This document shows, one piece after another, positions 19,830 to 29,372 of a DNA stretch of 64,000 nt. Both the position numbers and the translations under genes were made by a program. Numbering within the stretch: the stretch's first letter is position 1; each line of letters opens with the position of its first letter. The DNA lies in IMG/VR virus record IMGVR_UViG_3300027749_002876, positions 248,001 to 312,000 of that record; one strand, given 5' to 3'. Below the pieces are notes generated by a model. That model was not told the DNA's origin, made no database searches, and saw only the letters and a list, made by a program, of their open reading frames with translations.

Positions 19830-20933
19830 TCACTCGCCAGCTTGTACGATATACTTGCCGTATTTCTTGTGGAAGTCATCAAAGTGTTTCAATTGACTTG
19901 GCTCAATCGGCAACTTGTATGTCTTAAGTGCAATCTTTGCGCCCATCACAACCAACTCAGTTTCAAAGTTAGTCATAATATAGTTAAAGAAGTTGTCAGC
20001 CATTTCGTGGAATTTCTTACTGTCAACTTTCTTATTCTCAAGTGCATCACGCAATTCATAGCACATTGAAATTGTAAGAGAGTACATTGCCGAAATTTCT
20101 TTGACTGACAAGTCTTTTACTTTACCAGAAAGAATTTCACTTGGCTCGGGCATACGACCTGCAATTTTGCGGTGTGCGGCAAACTTAACAGCAAGACCTT
20201 CACCAACAGCACCACTAATCAAATTGAACAATGTATCACTATCAGTATCATCCTCATCATTCAACAAGTCACTAACGAAACACCAGCTACGGGGTGTAGC
20301 GAATGCTCTACTTGATGATTTGCCATCAAACTCATACAAATCTTGTTTAGCGAATGACAGATAACCCACAACGTCTTTGTGAATACCTTTGTTAACTGCC
20401 CATGTCTGCCATGATGTAAAATCGGCTCGCATTTCTAAGTGTAAGAAACGATTAGCGAGGGGCATCGGCATACGATATGTAACACCTTTATCACTATCAC
20501 GATTACCTGCCGCAACAATCACAACGTTATCGGGAAGTACATACTTACCAACTCTGCGATTCAAAATCAACTGATAACCGGCCGCTTGAACTGCGGGGCT
20601 AGCACTATTCATTTCATCTAAAAACAATACCACGATCGGGTATTGACTTGCTAGTCCCTCATCAGGCAAATCAACTGGTGATGCCCAATCCATTTTATTA
20701 ATATCACGATTGAAGTATGGGATACCACGAATATCAGTGGGTTCCATTTGTGCCATACGCAAGTCAATCATATGACCACCTAGTTCTGCCGTAACTTCTG
20801 CTACAACTTCACTTTTGCCGATGCCGGGAGGTCCCCATAAGAATAAGGGACGTTTTGCCTTGAAAGCTTTAAGAATAGCTTTGCGGGCTTGTACTGACGT
20901 AATTGTCAGATTGTCTGATACTGATGATGCCAT
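19830..20933 (-). CDS. MoxR-like AAA+ ATPase
   Basis: WGPPGIGKS, LFLDEMN, AAGNR, PLANRF, FATPRSW; next to VWA gene. Confidence 0.9.
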   Translation of the reverse strand: MASSVSDNLTITSVQARKAILKAFKAKRPLFLWGPPGIGKSEVVAEVTAELGGHMIDLRMAQMEPTDIRGIPYFNRDINKMDWASPVDLPDEGLASQYPIVVLFLDEMNSASPAVQAAGYQLILNRRVGKYVLPDNVVIVAAGNRDSDKGVTYRMPMPLANRFLHLEMRADFTSWQTWAVNKGIHKDVVGYLSFAKQDLYEFDGKSSSRAFATPRSWCFVSDLLNDEDDTDSDTLFNLISGAVGEGLAVKFAAHRKIAGRMPEPSEILSGKVKDLSVKEISAMYSLTISMCYELRDALENKKVDSKKFHEMADNFFNYIMTNFETELVVMGAKIALKTYKLPIEPSQLKHFDDFHKKYGKYIVQAGE

Positions 20934-20966
20934 TAAATGCTCCTGTTAAAAATATAAGATGATGTA

Positions 20967-21072
20967 ATTGTACACTATAACTGATTTATTGTCAAATCAA
21001 CTGACCCAATGTATGTTTATATACATAGGAATAGTATTTGTAAATTATAGCAGACATTGGATTTATTGTCAA
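20967..21072 (-). promoter_or_regulatory. two tandem sigma70-type early promoters
   Basis: TTGACA-17-TACAAT (20967-20995) and TTGACA-17-TATAAT (21044-21072). Confidence 0.8.
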
Positions 21073-21090
21073 ATTTGTGTTGTTGTGTTT

Positions 21091-21345
21091 TTACAACACT
21101 TGTGTAGATGAAAAGTTATTGATTCTGGCAATTTGCTCAATATGAGAATCAATAATAGATTGTTCTGTAGTTAATGATAATTCTCTAAAATAGAGAGTTT
21201 TACCTAATAATACTTTACCTTTATTATTTGTTTTTGTATAATCACTTGCAGAGATTAATAAACAAATTTCTTCATCACTATAGGGCCGTTTCTTCACTGA
21301 GACTCTGAAGTACAAAGTACTAACTGCATTTGCATTGAATTTCAT
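21091..21345 (-). CDS. hypothetical early protein
   Basis: 84 aa, AAGGT RBS, own promoter. Confidence 0.65.
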   Translation of the reverse strand: MKFNANAVSTLYFRVSVKKRPYSDEEICLLISASDYTKTNNKGKVLLGKTLYFRELSLTTEQSIIDSHIEQIARINNFSSTQVL

Positions 21346-21372
21346 AGATACCTTTTGACTGAATAAGACTCT

Positions 21373-21401
21373 ATTATATACCCAATTTGATTTATTGTCA
21401 A
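21373..21401 (-). promoter_or_regulatory. sigma70-type early promoter
   Basis: TTGACA-17nt-TATAAT. Confidence 0.85.
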
Positions 21402-21402
21402 A

Positions 21403-21657
21403 TTACTTCATTAGATTGGCCATCAATACTAGTTTTTCTAAGTGATTGATTGCTGTATTGATATCGGCTACTTTGTCATCAAGCATTTCGTATTTGCCCG
21501 TTCTACGCAGATTGACTTCTAGTTTGCTTAATTCAGTTACCATTTTGTCAATGTTTTTGTGCATACGATGTAAGTCTGGATTGTAGCCAATGCCATTCAT
21601 TTGACTATTTAAGTCACTACTTACTTTATTCCAATCTATTGCCCGTTCTATTTTCAT
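21403..21657 (-). CDS. hypothetical helical protein
   Basis: 84 aa; promoter TTGACT-17-TACAAT at 21664-21692 ends 6 nt before ATG. Confidence 0.7.
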   Translation of the reverse strand: MKIERAIDWNKVSSDLNSQMNGIGYNPDLHRMHKNIDKMVTELSKLEVNLRRTGKYEMLDDKVADINTAINHLEKLVLMANLMK

Positions 21658-21695
21658 AAAATGATTGTAACATAGTATGGATATTTAGTCAACAA

Positions 21696-21717
21696 AAAAG
21701 GCACCTAAGTGCCTTTT
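21696..21717 (-). terminator. intrinsic terminator
   Basis: AAAAGGCAC-loop-GTGCCTTTT hairpin after propeller gene array. Confidence 0.75.
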
Positions 21718-21734
21718 ATTTTGAGTTAGTGAGA

Positions 21735-22685
21735 TTATGCGTAACCGTAACTTGCGGCTGCTAGACTGTATCTAGCAGTACCTACTCCTGTAGTATCAGT
21801 TGCTGCCACACCTGTATTACTTACTAAGTTGGTTATTGCTGTTAGTCCCGAATTAGTTGATCCATATCCAAATATAGCAGTATCAACACCATAACTAGCG
21901 GCTGCTAGATCAGTTCTAGCAGTACCAACACCTGTTGTATCAGTTGCTACTATACCTGTATTGCTTACTTTGTTTGTTACTGACATATATGCAGAGGTAA
22001 CATCAAGCCCATAACCAAATATAGCTTGACCACTAGAACCATATCCTGCGGCTGCAAGTCCAATTCTGGCAGTACCAACACCGGTAGTATCCCCGGCAAC
22101 TACTCCTGTGTTGGACACTAAGTTGGTAATTGAATAATATCCTATACCAGATCGGTTTCCATATCCAAAAATAGCTTTATCTGTTCCGTACCCTGCGGCC
22201 GCAAGAAATCGTCTGATAGTACCGACACCTGTTGTATCTGTAGCTACCACACCTGTGTTTGATACTAGGTTAGTAAGTGAATATGTAGTGGCGTTTGCAT
22301 ATCCATAACCAAATATAGCTTTGTCAGTGCCATAACCGGCGGCTGCTAAACCAGCTCTAGCAGTACCTACTCCTGTAGTATCAGTTGCTACTACACCGGT
22401 GTTTGATACTAGGTTGGTTGCTGCCGTGTAACTAGTGCTTCCACCATAACCAAATAAGGCTTTATTTGTGCCATAACCTGCTGCCGCTAACTCATATCTA
22501 GCAGTACCAACACCTGTTGTATCAGTTGCTACTACACCGGTGTTTGATACTAGGTTGGTTATTGATACTCCGGGATTACTTCCTGCAGTACCATATCCAA
22601 ATATAGCTTTTTGTGAGGGAGGGGGAGGTAGAGTGATTGAGTAACCACCACTGAATGTTACCCCTGAAAAAACCATGTCTGCCAT
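21735..22685 (-). CDS. six-repeat Kelch-like beta-propeller protein, copy 1
   Basis: six ~48-aa repeats KAIFGYG-x(var)-SITNLVSNTGVVATDTTGVGTAR-xx-LAAAGYGTD. Confidence 0.8.
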   Translation of the reverse strand: MADMVFSGVTFSGGYSITLPPPPSQKAIFGYGTAGSNPGVSITNLVSNTGVVATDTTGVGTARYELAAAGYGTNKALFGYGGSTSYTAATNLVSNTGVVATDTTGVGTARAGLAAAGYGTDKAIFGYGYANATTYSLTNLVSNTGVVATDTTGVGTIRRFLAAAGYGTDKAIFGYGNRSGIGYYSITNLVSNTGVVAGDTTGVGTARIGLAAAGYGSSGQAIFGYGLDVTSAYMSVTNKVSNTGIVATDTTGVGTARTDLAAASYGVDTAIFGYGSTNSGLTAITNLVSNTGVAATDTTGVGTARYSLAAASYGYA

Positions 22686-22716
22686 AATATATTATCCTTT
22701 TGTTTTGTTTGTGAGA

Positions 22717-23649
22717 TTACGAACCAAATGTTGCGGCTGCAATGTAATTTCTAGCATAACCTACTCCTGTAGTATCAGTAGATACTACACCTGTATTTGA
22801 TACTAAATTGGTTATTGAAAGTGGACTACCGTTAGTGCCATAGCCAAATATAGCTTGTCCGGAGCTTCCATAGCCTGCAGCCGCCAAAGCATATCTAGTA
22901 GTACCAACACCAGTAGTATCTGTGGCAACTACGCCTGAATTAGAAACTTTATTGGTCATTGATAGTCCTGATCCAGTCCCTCCATATCCAAATATAGCTT
23001 TATCAGTTCCATAAGTTGCGGCAGCAAGATAACCTCTAGCAGTACCAACACCTGCAGTATCAGTAGCAACTACACCTGTATTTGATACTAGATTGGTTAT
23101 TGATACATCAGAAAAACCACTATCAAATCCATATCCAAAAATAGCTTTATCAGTTCCATAACCTGCGGCTGCTAATGCACCTCTAGCAGTACCTACACCT
23201 GTTGTATCTGTAGCAACTACCCCTGAATTAGAAACTTTATTGGTCATTGATATAGTATCAGATGTATACCCATATCCAAATATAGCCTTATCTGTGCCAT
23301 AACCTGCGGCAGCAAGATAACCTCTAGCAGTACCAACACCTGCAGTATCAGTAGCAACTACACCCGTGTTGCTTACTAGATTGGTTATAGATGAAGATAT
23401 ACCACTAACCAATCCATATCCAAATATTGCCTTGTCAGTGCCATAACTTGCGGCTGCCAACAAATTTCTAGCAGTACCTACACCTGAGGTATCATTAGCA
23501 ACTACACCGGTGCTTGATACAATGTTGGTTATTGATACTGCGCCGGATGAACCTGATCCATATCCAAAAATAGCTCTAATATTTGGGGGAGGTGCTGTAA
23601 TTGCAAATCCACCACTGAAATTTACACCTGAAAAAACTATGTCTGCCAT
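22717..23649 (-). CDS. six-repeat Kelch-like beta-propeller protein, copy 2
   Basis: same six-repeat architecture. Confidence 0.8.
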   Translation of the reverse strand: MADIVFSGVNFSGGFAITAPPPNIRAIFGYGSGSSGAVSITNIVSSTGVVANDTSGVGTARNLLAAASYGTDKAIFGYGLVSGISSSITNLVSNTGVVATDTAGVGTARGYLAAAGYGTDKAIFGYGYTSDTISMTNKVSNSGVVATDTTGVGTARGALAAAGYGTDKAIFGYGFDSGFSDVSITNLVSNTGVVATDTAGVGTARGYLAAATYGTDKAIFGYGGTGSGLSMTNKVSNSGVVATDTTGVGTTRYALAAAGYGSSGQAIFGYGTNGSPLSITNLVSNTGVVSTDTTGVGYARNYIAAATFGS

Positions 23650-23680
23650 ACTATGTTATCCTTTTGTTTTGTTTGTGAGA

Positions 23681-24637
23681 CTATCTACTGTAACTTGAGG
23701 CTGCTAGTTCTTGTCTAGCAGTACCGACACCAGTTGTATCCGTAGCAACTACACCCGTATTTGATACCAGGTTAGTGATTGCTGTTACTGTAGCAGATCC
23801 ATCATTTACACTACCATATCCAAAAATAGCTTTATCTGCACCGTATCCTGCGGCAGCCGGGTTTGCTCTTACGGTACCTACACCTGTAGTATCAGTAGCT
23901 ACTACACCTGTGTTACTTACTAAGTTGGTCACATTTGTAACAGGATATCCTACTCCATATCCAAATATAGCTTTATCAGTGCCATAAGTTGCGGCTCCTA
24001 ACTGACTTCTAGCGGTTCCAACTCCCGTAGTGTCTGTAGCAACTACACCCGTATTTGATACTAAGTTGGTCATTGATACTCGGGTAAAACCATTATCGGC
24101 TCCATATCCAAAAATAGCTTTGTCAGTTCCATAACCAGTGGCCGCAAGAGCTTGTCTAGCAGTACCAACACCTGTAGTATCTGTAGCAACAACACCTGTA
24201 TTTGACACTAGGTTGGTTATTGAGTACACGGTACTGCTTGTAGCACCATACCCAAATATAGCTTGTCCAGAGCTACCATATCCTGCGGCTGCTATATAAC
24301 TCCTAGCAGTACCTACACCTGTTGTATCACTAGCAACTACACCGGTGTTTGATACTAGATTGGTTACTGATTGATATACATTAGTATTATTCCTTCCATA
24401 ACCAAATATAGCTTTATCTGTACCATATACAGTGGCTGCTAGATTTACCCTAGTAGTGCCAACACCTGCAGTATCAGTAGCGACAACGCCTGTATTTGAT
24501 ACTAGGTTAGTTATTGATACATAAAGATTAGTGACAGTTGAACCATATCCAAATATTGCCTTAGCTGAGGGTGGAGGAGGTGTAATGCTAATCCCAGTAC
24601 CAATTGTTATTCCTGATCCAAATATTATATCTGCCAT
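23681..24637 (-). CDS. six-repeat Kelch-like beta-propeller protein, copy 3
   Basis: same six-repeat architecture. Confidence 0.8.
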   Translation of the reverse strand: MADIIFGSGITIGTGISITPPPPSAKAIFGYGSTVTNLYVSITNLVSNTGVVATDTAGVGTTRVNLAATVYGTDKAIFGYGRNNTNVYQSVTNLVSNTGVVASDTTGVGTARSYIAAAGYGSSGQAIFGYGATSSTVYSITNLVSNTGVVATDTTGVGTARQALAATGYGTDKAIFGYGADNGFTRVSMTNLVSNTGVVATDTTGVGTARSQLGAATYGTDKAIFGYGVGYPVTNVTNLVSNTGVVATDTTGVGTVRANPAAAGYGADKAIFGYGSVNDGSATVTAITNLVSNTGVVATDTTGVGTARQELAASSYSR

Positions 24638-24665
24638 ACTATCCTTTTATGTTATTTTTTATATA

Positions 24666-25031
24666 CTACACTTCAAGCCAAGATGTTGTATCTTCATCCC
24701 ATTTATACATTTTATCATCTGTTGGCATTGGTACTGGTGAGTCCCACAAGCATTTAGTTTCATTTAATGTCCATGAATTGTAAGGCTTTGGTGGTATGAA
24801 TGCGTCAAGTGTTTCATCATAAGTGTACCCAATACCAGCATAGTTTTTGCGATACGGTGTACCACTGTTTGAATGAACACCACCATAAGTGTTGTAACTT
24901 GTGCGCTTGCAGATTTGACCGCGGACTTCACCGTAATGTTGTTCCCAATCAATATTGTTTTCCCCTTCATCTTTACCTACTATAACTTCAGTAACAATAT
25001 TATTTTCATTTAAAAATGCGTAATGTGCCAT
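24666..25031 (-). CDS. conserved phage protein, possible fibre/appendage assembly factor
   Basis: MAHYAFL...RKNYAGIGYTYD...FIPPKP...W; follows Gly-rich gene; ATAAATA at 25059-25065. Confidence 0.55.
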   Translation of the reverse strand: MAHYAFLNENNIVTEVIVGKDEGENNIDWEQHYGEVRGQICKRTSYNTYGGVHSNSGTPYRKNYAGIGYTYDETLDAFIPPKPYNSWTLNETKCLWDSPVPMPTDDKMYKWDEDTTSWLEV

Positions 25032-25072
25032 GTTTTTTCCTTTTTTAATTATTAATACTATTTATGCTAAAT

Positions 25073-27283
25073 TTAGAAGGTAATAGTTCCTGTACCGGCA
25101 GTAAATCTATACACTCTGTAGCCAGAACGAGATGGTTGGTCATAAGTTAAACCACTACCAATTGTTAGGGCAGGGTAACTGGTTGGATAAGCAATAATAA
25201 CTACTCCTGATCCACCGTTCCATCCAACGCTACCGGCATTAGAAGTTCTAGATCCGCCTCCGCCGTTGCCTGAATTTGCTGTAGCATCTCCACTAACAGT
25301 ATTAGACCAATAAGCCTGACCCCCTGCCGAATATGCAACATCTGAACCAGTAATGCCTTGTAAGGCGGCGCCTCCTCCGGTACCGCCTCCGGTTACACCG
25401 GTATCTATATCAGTTTTAGATTGACCAACTCCATTAGAACCACCTCCACCGGATCCTATCCAACCTCTATAGACACCTACATTAGTTGATGTACCTCCAT
25501 TAAATCCTTGACCGGATGTTGCTGTTCCACCTGCCATAGCTCCCGGAGTGTTGGTTGAACCATAAGAAGCTCCGCCTCCAGAACCACCACTACCACCGGG
25601 GTTAGTTAAGCCTGCCCCATATCCTCCACCGATTGCGGTATATCCAGTTAAAACTGAGTTAGTTCCGGCGCCAGCATTACCAGAGGTTTGTTGTCCTGCA
25701 CTTCCTCCTGCGCCCACGGTGACTGTATAGGAACCACTGAATGAAGCTGTAGCATAACCACCACCTACCATACCACCAGCACCTCCACCACCACCAGAAC
25801 CACCGCCTCCACCTGCTACCACAAGATATTCAGAAAGAGTTGAAGGTGCTTCTGTAGTAATACTATTACTTGGTGCACTTGGACTACTCGTACCAACGCT
25901 ATTTGTTGCTGTAACTGTAAATGTATAACTAGTAGAACCAGTTAAACCAGTCATATTAATAGTACCACTACCTGCTTGGCTTAATGTACCGGTGATTCCA
26001 CCTGGACTACTTGTTGCTGTATAACTTGTAATTGTAGCACCGCCGTTGCTTGCTGGTTGAGTAAATGAAACTGTAGCTGTAGTTGCACCAGTAGCTGTTG
26101 CTGTACCTATTGTTGGAGCTCCGGATACTGTAGGTGCTGCAACAGTAATTGTTCCTGTACCCGCAGTAAATGTATATATTGTGTTTCCACCTGAAGTTGT
26201 TTTAGTATATGTTAGTCCTACACTAATTGATGATAAGTCAGCATAACTAGATGGATAGGAAATGATAACAATACCAGAGCCACCGTTAACTGTTTGTCGT
26301 TGTGGTGATACACCGCCGGCGCCTCCACCTGTATTTGTAGTTCCGTCTGTAGCTGATGCGGCTCCTGCTCCTCCACCTTGCCCACCAGTACCTCCGCCAC
26401 CTAAACCGCCAATACCCTTAAGTGTATTCCATGTTGTGTAATCTGCACCTGCACCACCACCACCTGCATAGTATGTAGATGTTCCGGTAATACTTGAAGC
26501 AAGACCTACACCTCCATTACCTGCTTGCCCTGCTGTTAAGTTGGCACCAACTGCGCCGGCGCCACCGCCTCCACCGCCTCCGCGATAACTGCCATTTTGA
26601 GAATCACCGCCGTTATTACCTTGACCAACTGTGCCAGTACCGCCATAATCAAAATATCCGCCAGCTCCTCCACCCGAACCACCATTCAAGCCATTAGAAT
26701 CAGCATAAGCACCACCGCCACCTAATGAAGTAATTGATGAGAACACGCTATCACCTCCATTTGCAGTTCCAACTCCACCTGCACCAACCGTTACTGTAAA
26801 TGTACCACTGACAGAAAATCCTGAAGCTGTTCTGTACCCGCCGGCTCCGCCTCCTCCGCCATGATATGCACCAGCACATCCGCCGCCACCTGCGACTACA
26901 AGGTAATTAACAGATGATGGTGCTGACGGTGCTGATGTAGTAATACTATTACTTGCACTACTTGCATTACTTGTTCCTATTGCATTGGTTGCTGTAACTG
27001 TAAATGTATAACTAGTAGAACCAGTTAAACCACTAACAGTAATAGTACCACTACCTGCTTGACTTAATGTACCGGTGATTCCACCGGGACTGCTTGTAGC
27101 TGTATAACTTGTTATAGTTGAGCCGCCATTACTTGCAGGTTGAGTAAATGCCACTGTGGCTGTAGTTGAACCAGTAGACGTTGCAGTACCTATTGTAGGT
27201 GCACCCGGTACTGAGGGTGGTGGAGGTGTAATACTAACTCCACCTGAAATTGATATTCCGCCTGTAAATACGATATCCGCCAT
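25073..27283 (-). CDS. virion-associated protein with two FN3 + glycine-rich domain units
   Basis: Start moved to MADIVF at 27283 (AAGGAA RBS); 2x [PGAPTIGTAT...YTFTVTATN FN3 + YLVVAGGG...GGSGIVII Gly-rich domain]. Confidence 0.8.
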   Translation of the reverse strand: MADIVFTGGISISGGVSITPPPPSVPGAPTIGTATSTGSTTATVAFTQPASNGGSTITSYTATSSPGGITGTLSQAGSGTITVSGLTGSTSYTFTVTATNAIGTSNASSASNSITTSAPSAPSSVNYLVVAGGGGCAGAYHGGGGGAGGYRTASGFSVSGTFTVTVGAGGVGTANGGDSVFSSITSLGGGGAYADSNGLNGGSGGGAGGYFDYGGTGTVGQGNNGGDSQNGSYRGGGGGGGAGAVGANLTAGQAGNGGVGLASSITGTSTYYAGGGGAGADYTTWNTLKGIGGLGGGGTGGQGGGAGAASATDGTTNTGGGAGGVSPQRQTVNGGSGIVIISYPSSYADLSSISVGLTYTKTTSGGNTIYTFTAGTGTITVAAPTVSGAPTIGTATATGATTATVSFTQPASNGGATITSYTATSSPGGITGTLSQAGSGTINMTGLTGSTSYTFTVTATNSVGTSSPSAPSNSITTEAPSTLSEYLVVAGGGGGSGGGGGAGGMVGGGYATASFSGSYTVTVGAGGSAGQQTSGNAGAGTNSVLTGYTAIGGGYGAGLTNPGGSGGSGGGASYGSTNTPGAMAGGTATSGQGFNGGTSTNVGVYRGWIGSGGGGSNGVGQSKTDIDTGVTGGGTGGGAALQGITGSDVAYSAGGQAYWSNTVSGDATANSGNGGGGSRTSNAGSVGWNGGSGVVIIAYPTSYPALTIGSGLTYDQPSRSGYRVYRFTAGTGTITF

Positions 27284-27320
27284 GATATATTCTTCCTTTA
27301 TAGTATTTAGCAAAAAACAA

Positions 27321-27342
27321 AAAAGGCTCAAAAAGAGCCTTT
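27321..27342 (-). terminator. intrinsic terminator, AGGCTC/GAGCCT family
   Basis: AAAAGGCTC-AAAAA-GAGCCTTT hairpin. Confidence 0.75.
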
Positions 27343-27362
27343 TTATTCAATCTCAATGGAGA

Positions 27363-28247
27363 TTAGAAGCGATGTGTTACACCAACTCCAACTTGTTTTA
27401 CGTCATTTGTTGTGCCTTTAGCGTCAACATTACGATAGTTGACACCTAAACTAGTACGCTTACTGAAGTTATAATCAGCACCCATTGCATAAGCTTTTAC
27501 ATCAGTATTTGTTTTACCATAACTAGCTTTTGCTGTGATTGCACCAAATTGCTGGCTTGCACCAATCAAATCACCAGTACGTGCTACGGCACCTTTGTCA
27601 TCACTATGTGTGTAAAATACTTGTGTATTGCCTAATTTTGCGCTACCAGCATACACTGTGCTTTTCTCAACACCTTGAGTATATTGTGCAACTGTTGCGT
27701 TAATACCAAACAATTTTGCACTTGCACTATAGCTAGTTGCTTCTGTACCTACACCATTTTGTGTGCGGTCATAAGTTGCAGTTACACCCTTCATTGGTGT
27801 TAATGCAAAGAATGTACCATTGCTGATACGCAGACCACGCAAGTTATGTACATCACCTGCAACACTACCATACAATGTGCCAAAAGCGTCATTGTTAGTG
27901 ATTGCTAAAAAGTGACTGTGTAGATTGCGACCCAAGTCAACACTACCAATACTATTTACTAAGCCGATTGTTGATTGACGATCACCTAGTTTAGTTGCGG
28001 CGCCACCTGTTGGATCATTAGCTGCCAAACTTGTATCTAATACTACACGAGCCTTCAAACCTGCACCAATGTTTTCTGTAGCAGAAAGTGTGATGTTGCT
28101 TGTTGGGTCAGTAGCTAGACTTGTTTTGCTAATAGCACCAGTTTTAGTATTGTCAACAAATTCGCTGATTTTACCATTTAAACTAACTTGTGCTGTAGCA
28201 ACCATTGTTGTTGCTGCCAATAATGTCGCTATTGCGATTTTCTTCAT
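27363..28247 (-). CDS. Gram-negative trimeric porin
   Basis: signal peptide MKKIAIATLLAATTMVATA, ENIGAGLKA, DRQSTIGL..GSVDLGR, GADYNFSKRT, C-terminal VGVTHRF beta-signal. Confidence 0.88.
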   Translation of the reverse strand: MKKIAIATLLAATTMVATAQVSLNGKISEFVDNTKTGAISKTSLATDPTSNITLSATENIGAGLKARVVLDTSLAANDPTGGAATKLGDRQSTIGLVNSIGSVDLGRNLHSHFLAITNNDAFGTLYGSVAGDVHNLRGLRISNGTFFALTPMKGVTATYDRTQNGVGTEATSYSASAKLFGINATVAQYTQGVEKSTVYAGSAKLGNTQVFYTHSDDKGAVARTGDLIGASQQFGAITAKASYGKTNTDVKAYAMGADYNFSKRTSLGVNYRNVDAKGTTNDVKQVGVGVTHRF

Positions 28248-28361
28248 AAGATTTTCCTTTAAAAATAAACCTGATTTCTCAGGCTAGACTAATATTTATG
28301 TTGTTTTTTATTGTTGATATAAAATAGTTGTTTGCGTAATAACAACGAGTTTAACGTGGAT

Positions 28362-28381
28362 AAAGGCTCTTTCGAGCCTTT
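28362..28381 (-). terminator. intrinsic terminator, AGGCTC/GAGCCT family
   Basis: AAAGGCTC-TTTC-GAGCCTTT hairpin. Confidence 0.7.
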
Positions 28382-28399
28382 GTTTTTGTGGTTGTTTGA

Positions 28400-29341
28400 T
28401 TATGCGTAACCGTAACTTGCGGCTGCTAGTCCACTTCTAGCAGTACCGACACCTGTAGTATCTGTAGCAACTACCCCGGTGTTTGATACTAGGTTGGTCA
28501 ACGATAGATAACTTTCTCTACCCCCGTATCCAAATATAGCAGTATCAACTCCATAGCCAGCGGCTGCTAGATAAGTTCTACCAGTACCGACAGCGGTAGT
28601 ATCTGTAGCAACAACTCCTGTGTTTGATACTAGGTTGGTCATTCCGTAATACGGGCTACCACCAGCTCCTAAACCAAATCCAAAGATAGCTTTATCGGTG
28701 CCAAAAGTTGCGGCGGCTAACGCATATCTGGCCTGCCCTACACCTGTTGTATCTGTAGCAACTACACCTGTATTTGATACTTTATTGGTTACTGATGTAG
28801 TGGTAGGCGTAGCAGAGTATCCATATCCAAAAATAGCTTTATCGGTACCATAACCTGCGGCTGCAGGGTTACTCCTAGCAGTGCCAACACCGGCTGTGTC
28901 GTTAGCAACTACACCTGTGTTACTTACTAGATTGGTTATTGCTGTTCTAACCCAGCTACCATTATTGTATATACCATAACCAAAGATGGCTTTATCTGTT
29001 CCATAGCCTGCGGCTGCTAGTCCACTTCTAGCAGTACCGACACCTGTAGTATCTGTAGCAACTACACCGGTATTTGATACTTTGTTGGTTATTGCGGTCT
29101 GTGGAGTACCATATCCATATATAGCTTTATCACTACCGTAGCCTGCGGCAGCTGGTTCGCTTCTAGCTGTACCAACACCTGTAGTATCTGCGGCAACTAC
29201 CCCTGTGTTACTTACTAGATTGGTCATTGATAAAGAAGGACCATTAGTACCATATCCAAATATTGCCTTACTTGTTGGGGGAGGAGGTTGTGGTGTTACA
29301 CTCAATCCACCCGTAAATGTTAGTCCACCTGTAAAATCCAT
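28400..29341 (-). CDS. six-repeat Kelch-like beta-propeller protein, copy 4
   Basis: same six-repeat architecture. Confidence 0.8.
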   Translation of the reverse strand: MDFTGGLTFTGGLSVTPQPPPPTSKAIFGYGTNGPSLSMTNLVSNTGVVAADTTGVGTARSEPAAAGYGSDKAIYGYGTPQTAITNKVSNTGVVATDTTGVGTARSGLAAAGYGTDKAIFGYGIYNNGSWVRTAITNLVSNTGVVANDTAGVGTARSNPAAAGYGTDKAIFGYGYSATPTTTSVTNKVSNTGVVATDTTGVGQARYALAAATFGTDKAIFGFGLGAGGSPYYGMTNLVSNTGVVATDTTAVGTGRTYLAAAGYGVDTAIFGYGGRESYLSLTNLVSNTGVVATDTTGVGTARSGLAAASYGYA

Positions 29342-29372
29342 AATATATTATCCTTTTGTTTTGTACTTCATA

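Noticed and set aside
20997-21026. 9-codon ORF (MYINIHWVS) between two early promoters
   Set aside because: Too short, no RBS; may be a deleted cassette remnant but cannot be supported
27284-27331. Track start codons for 25073..27331, 30393..31322, 46338..48320 and 52486..53187
   Set aside because: Extensions run through terminators, promoters or upstream genes; downstream ATGs have better RBS, promoter or paralog support
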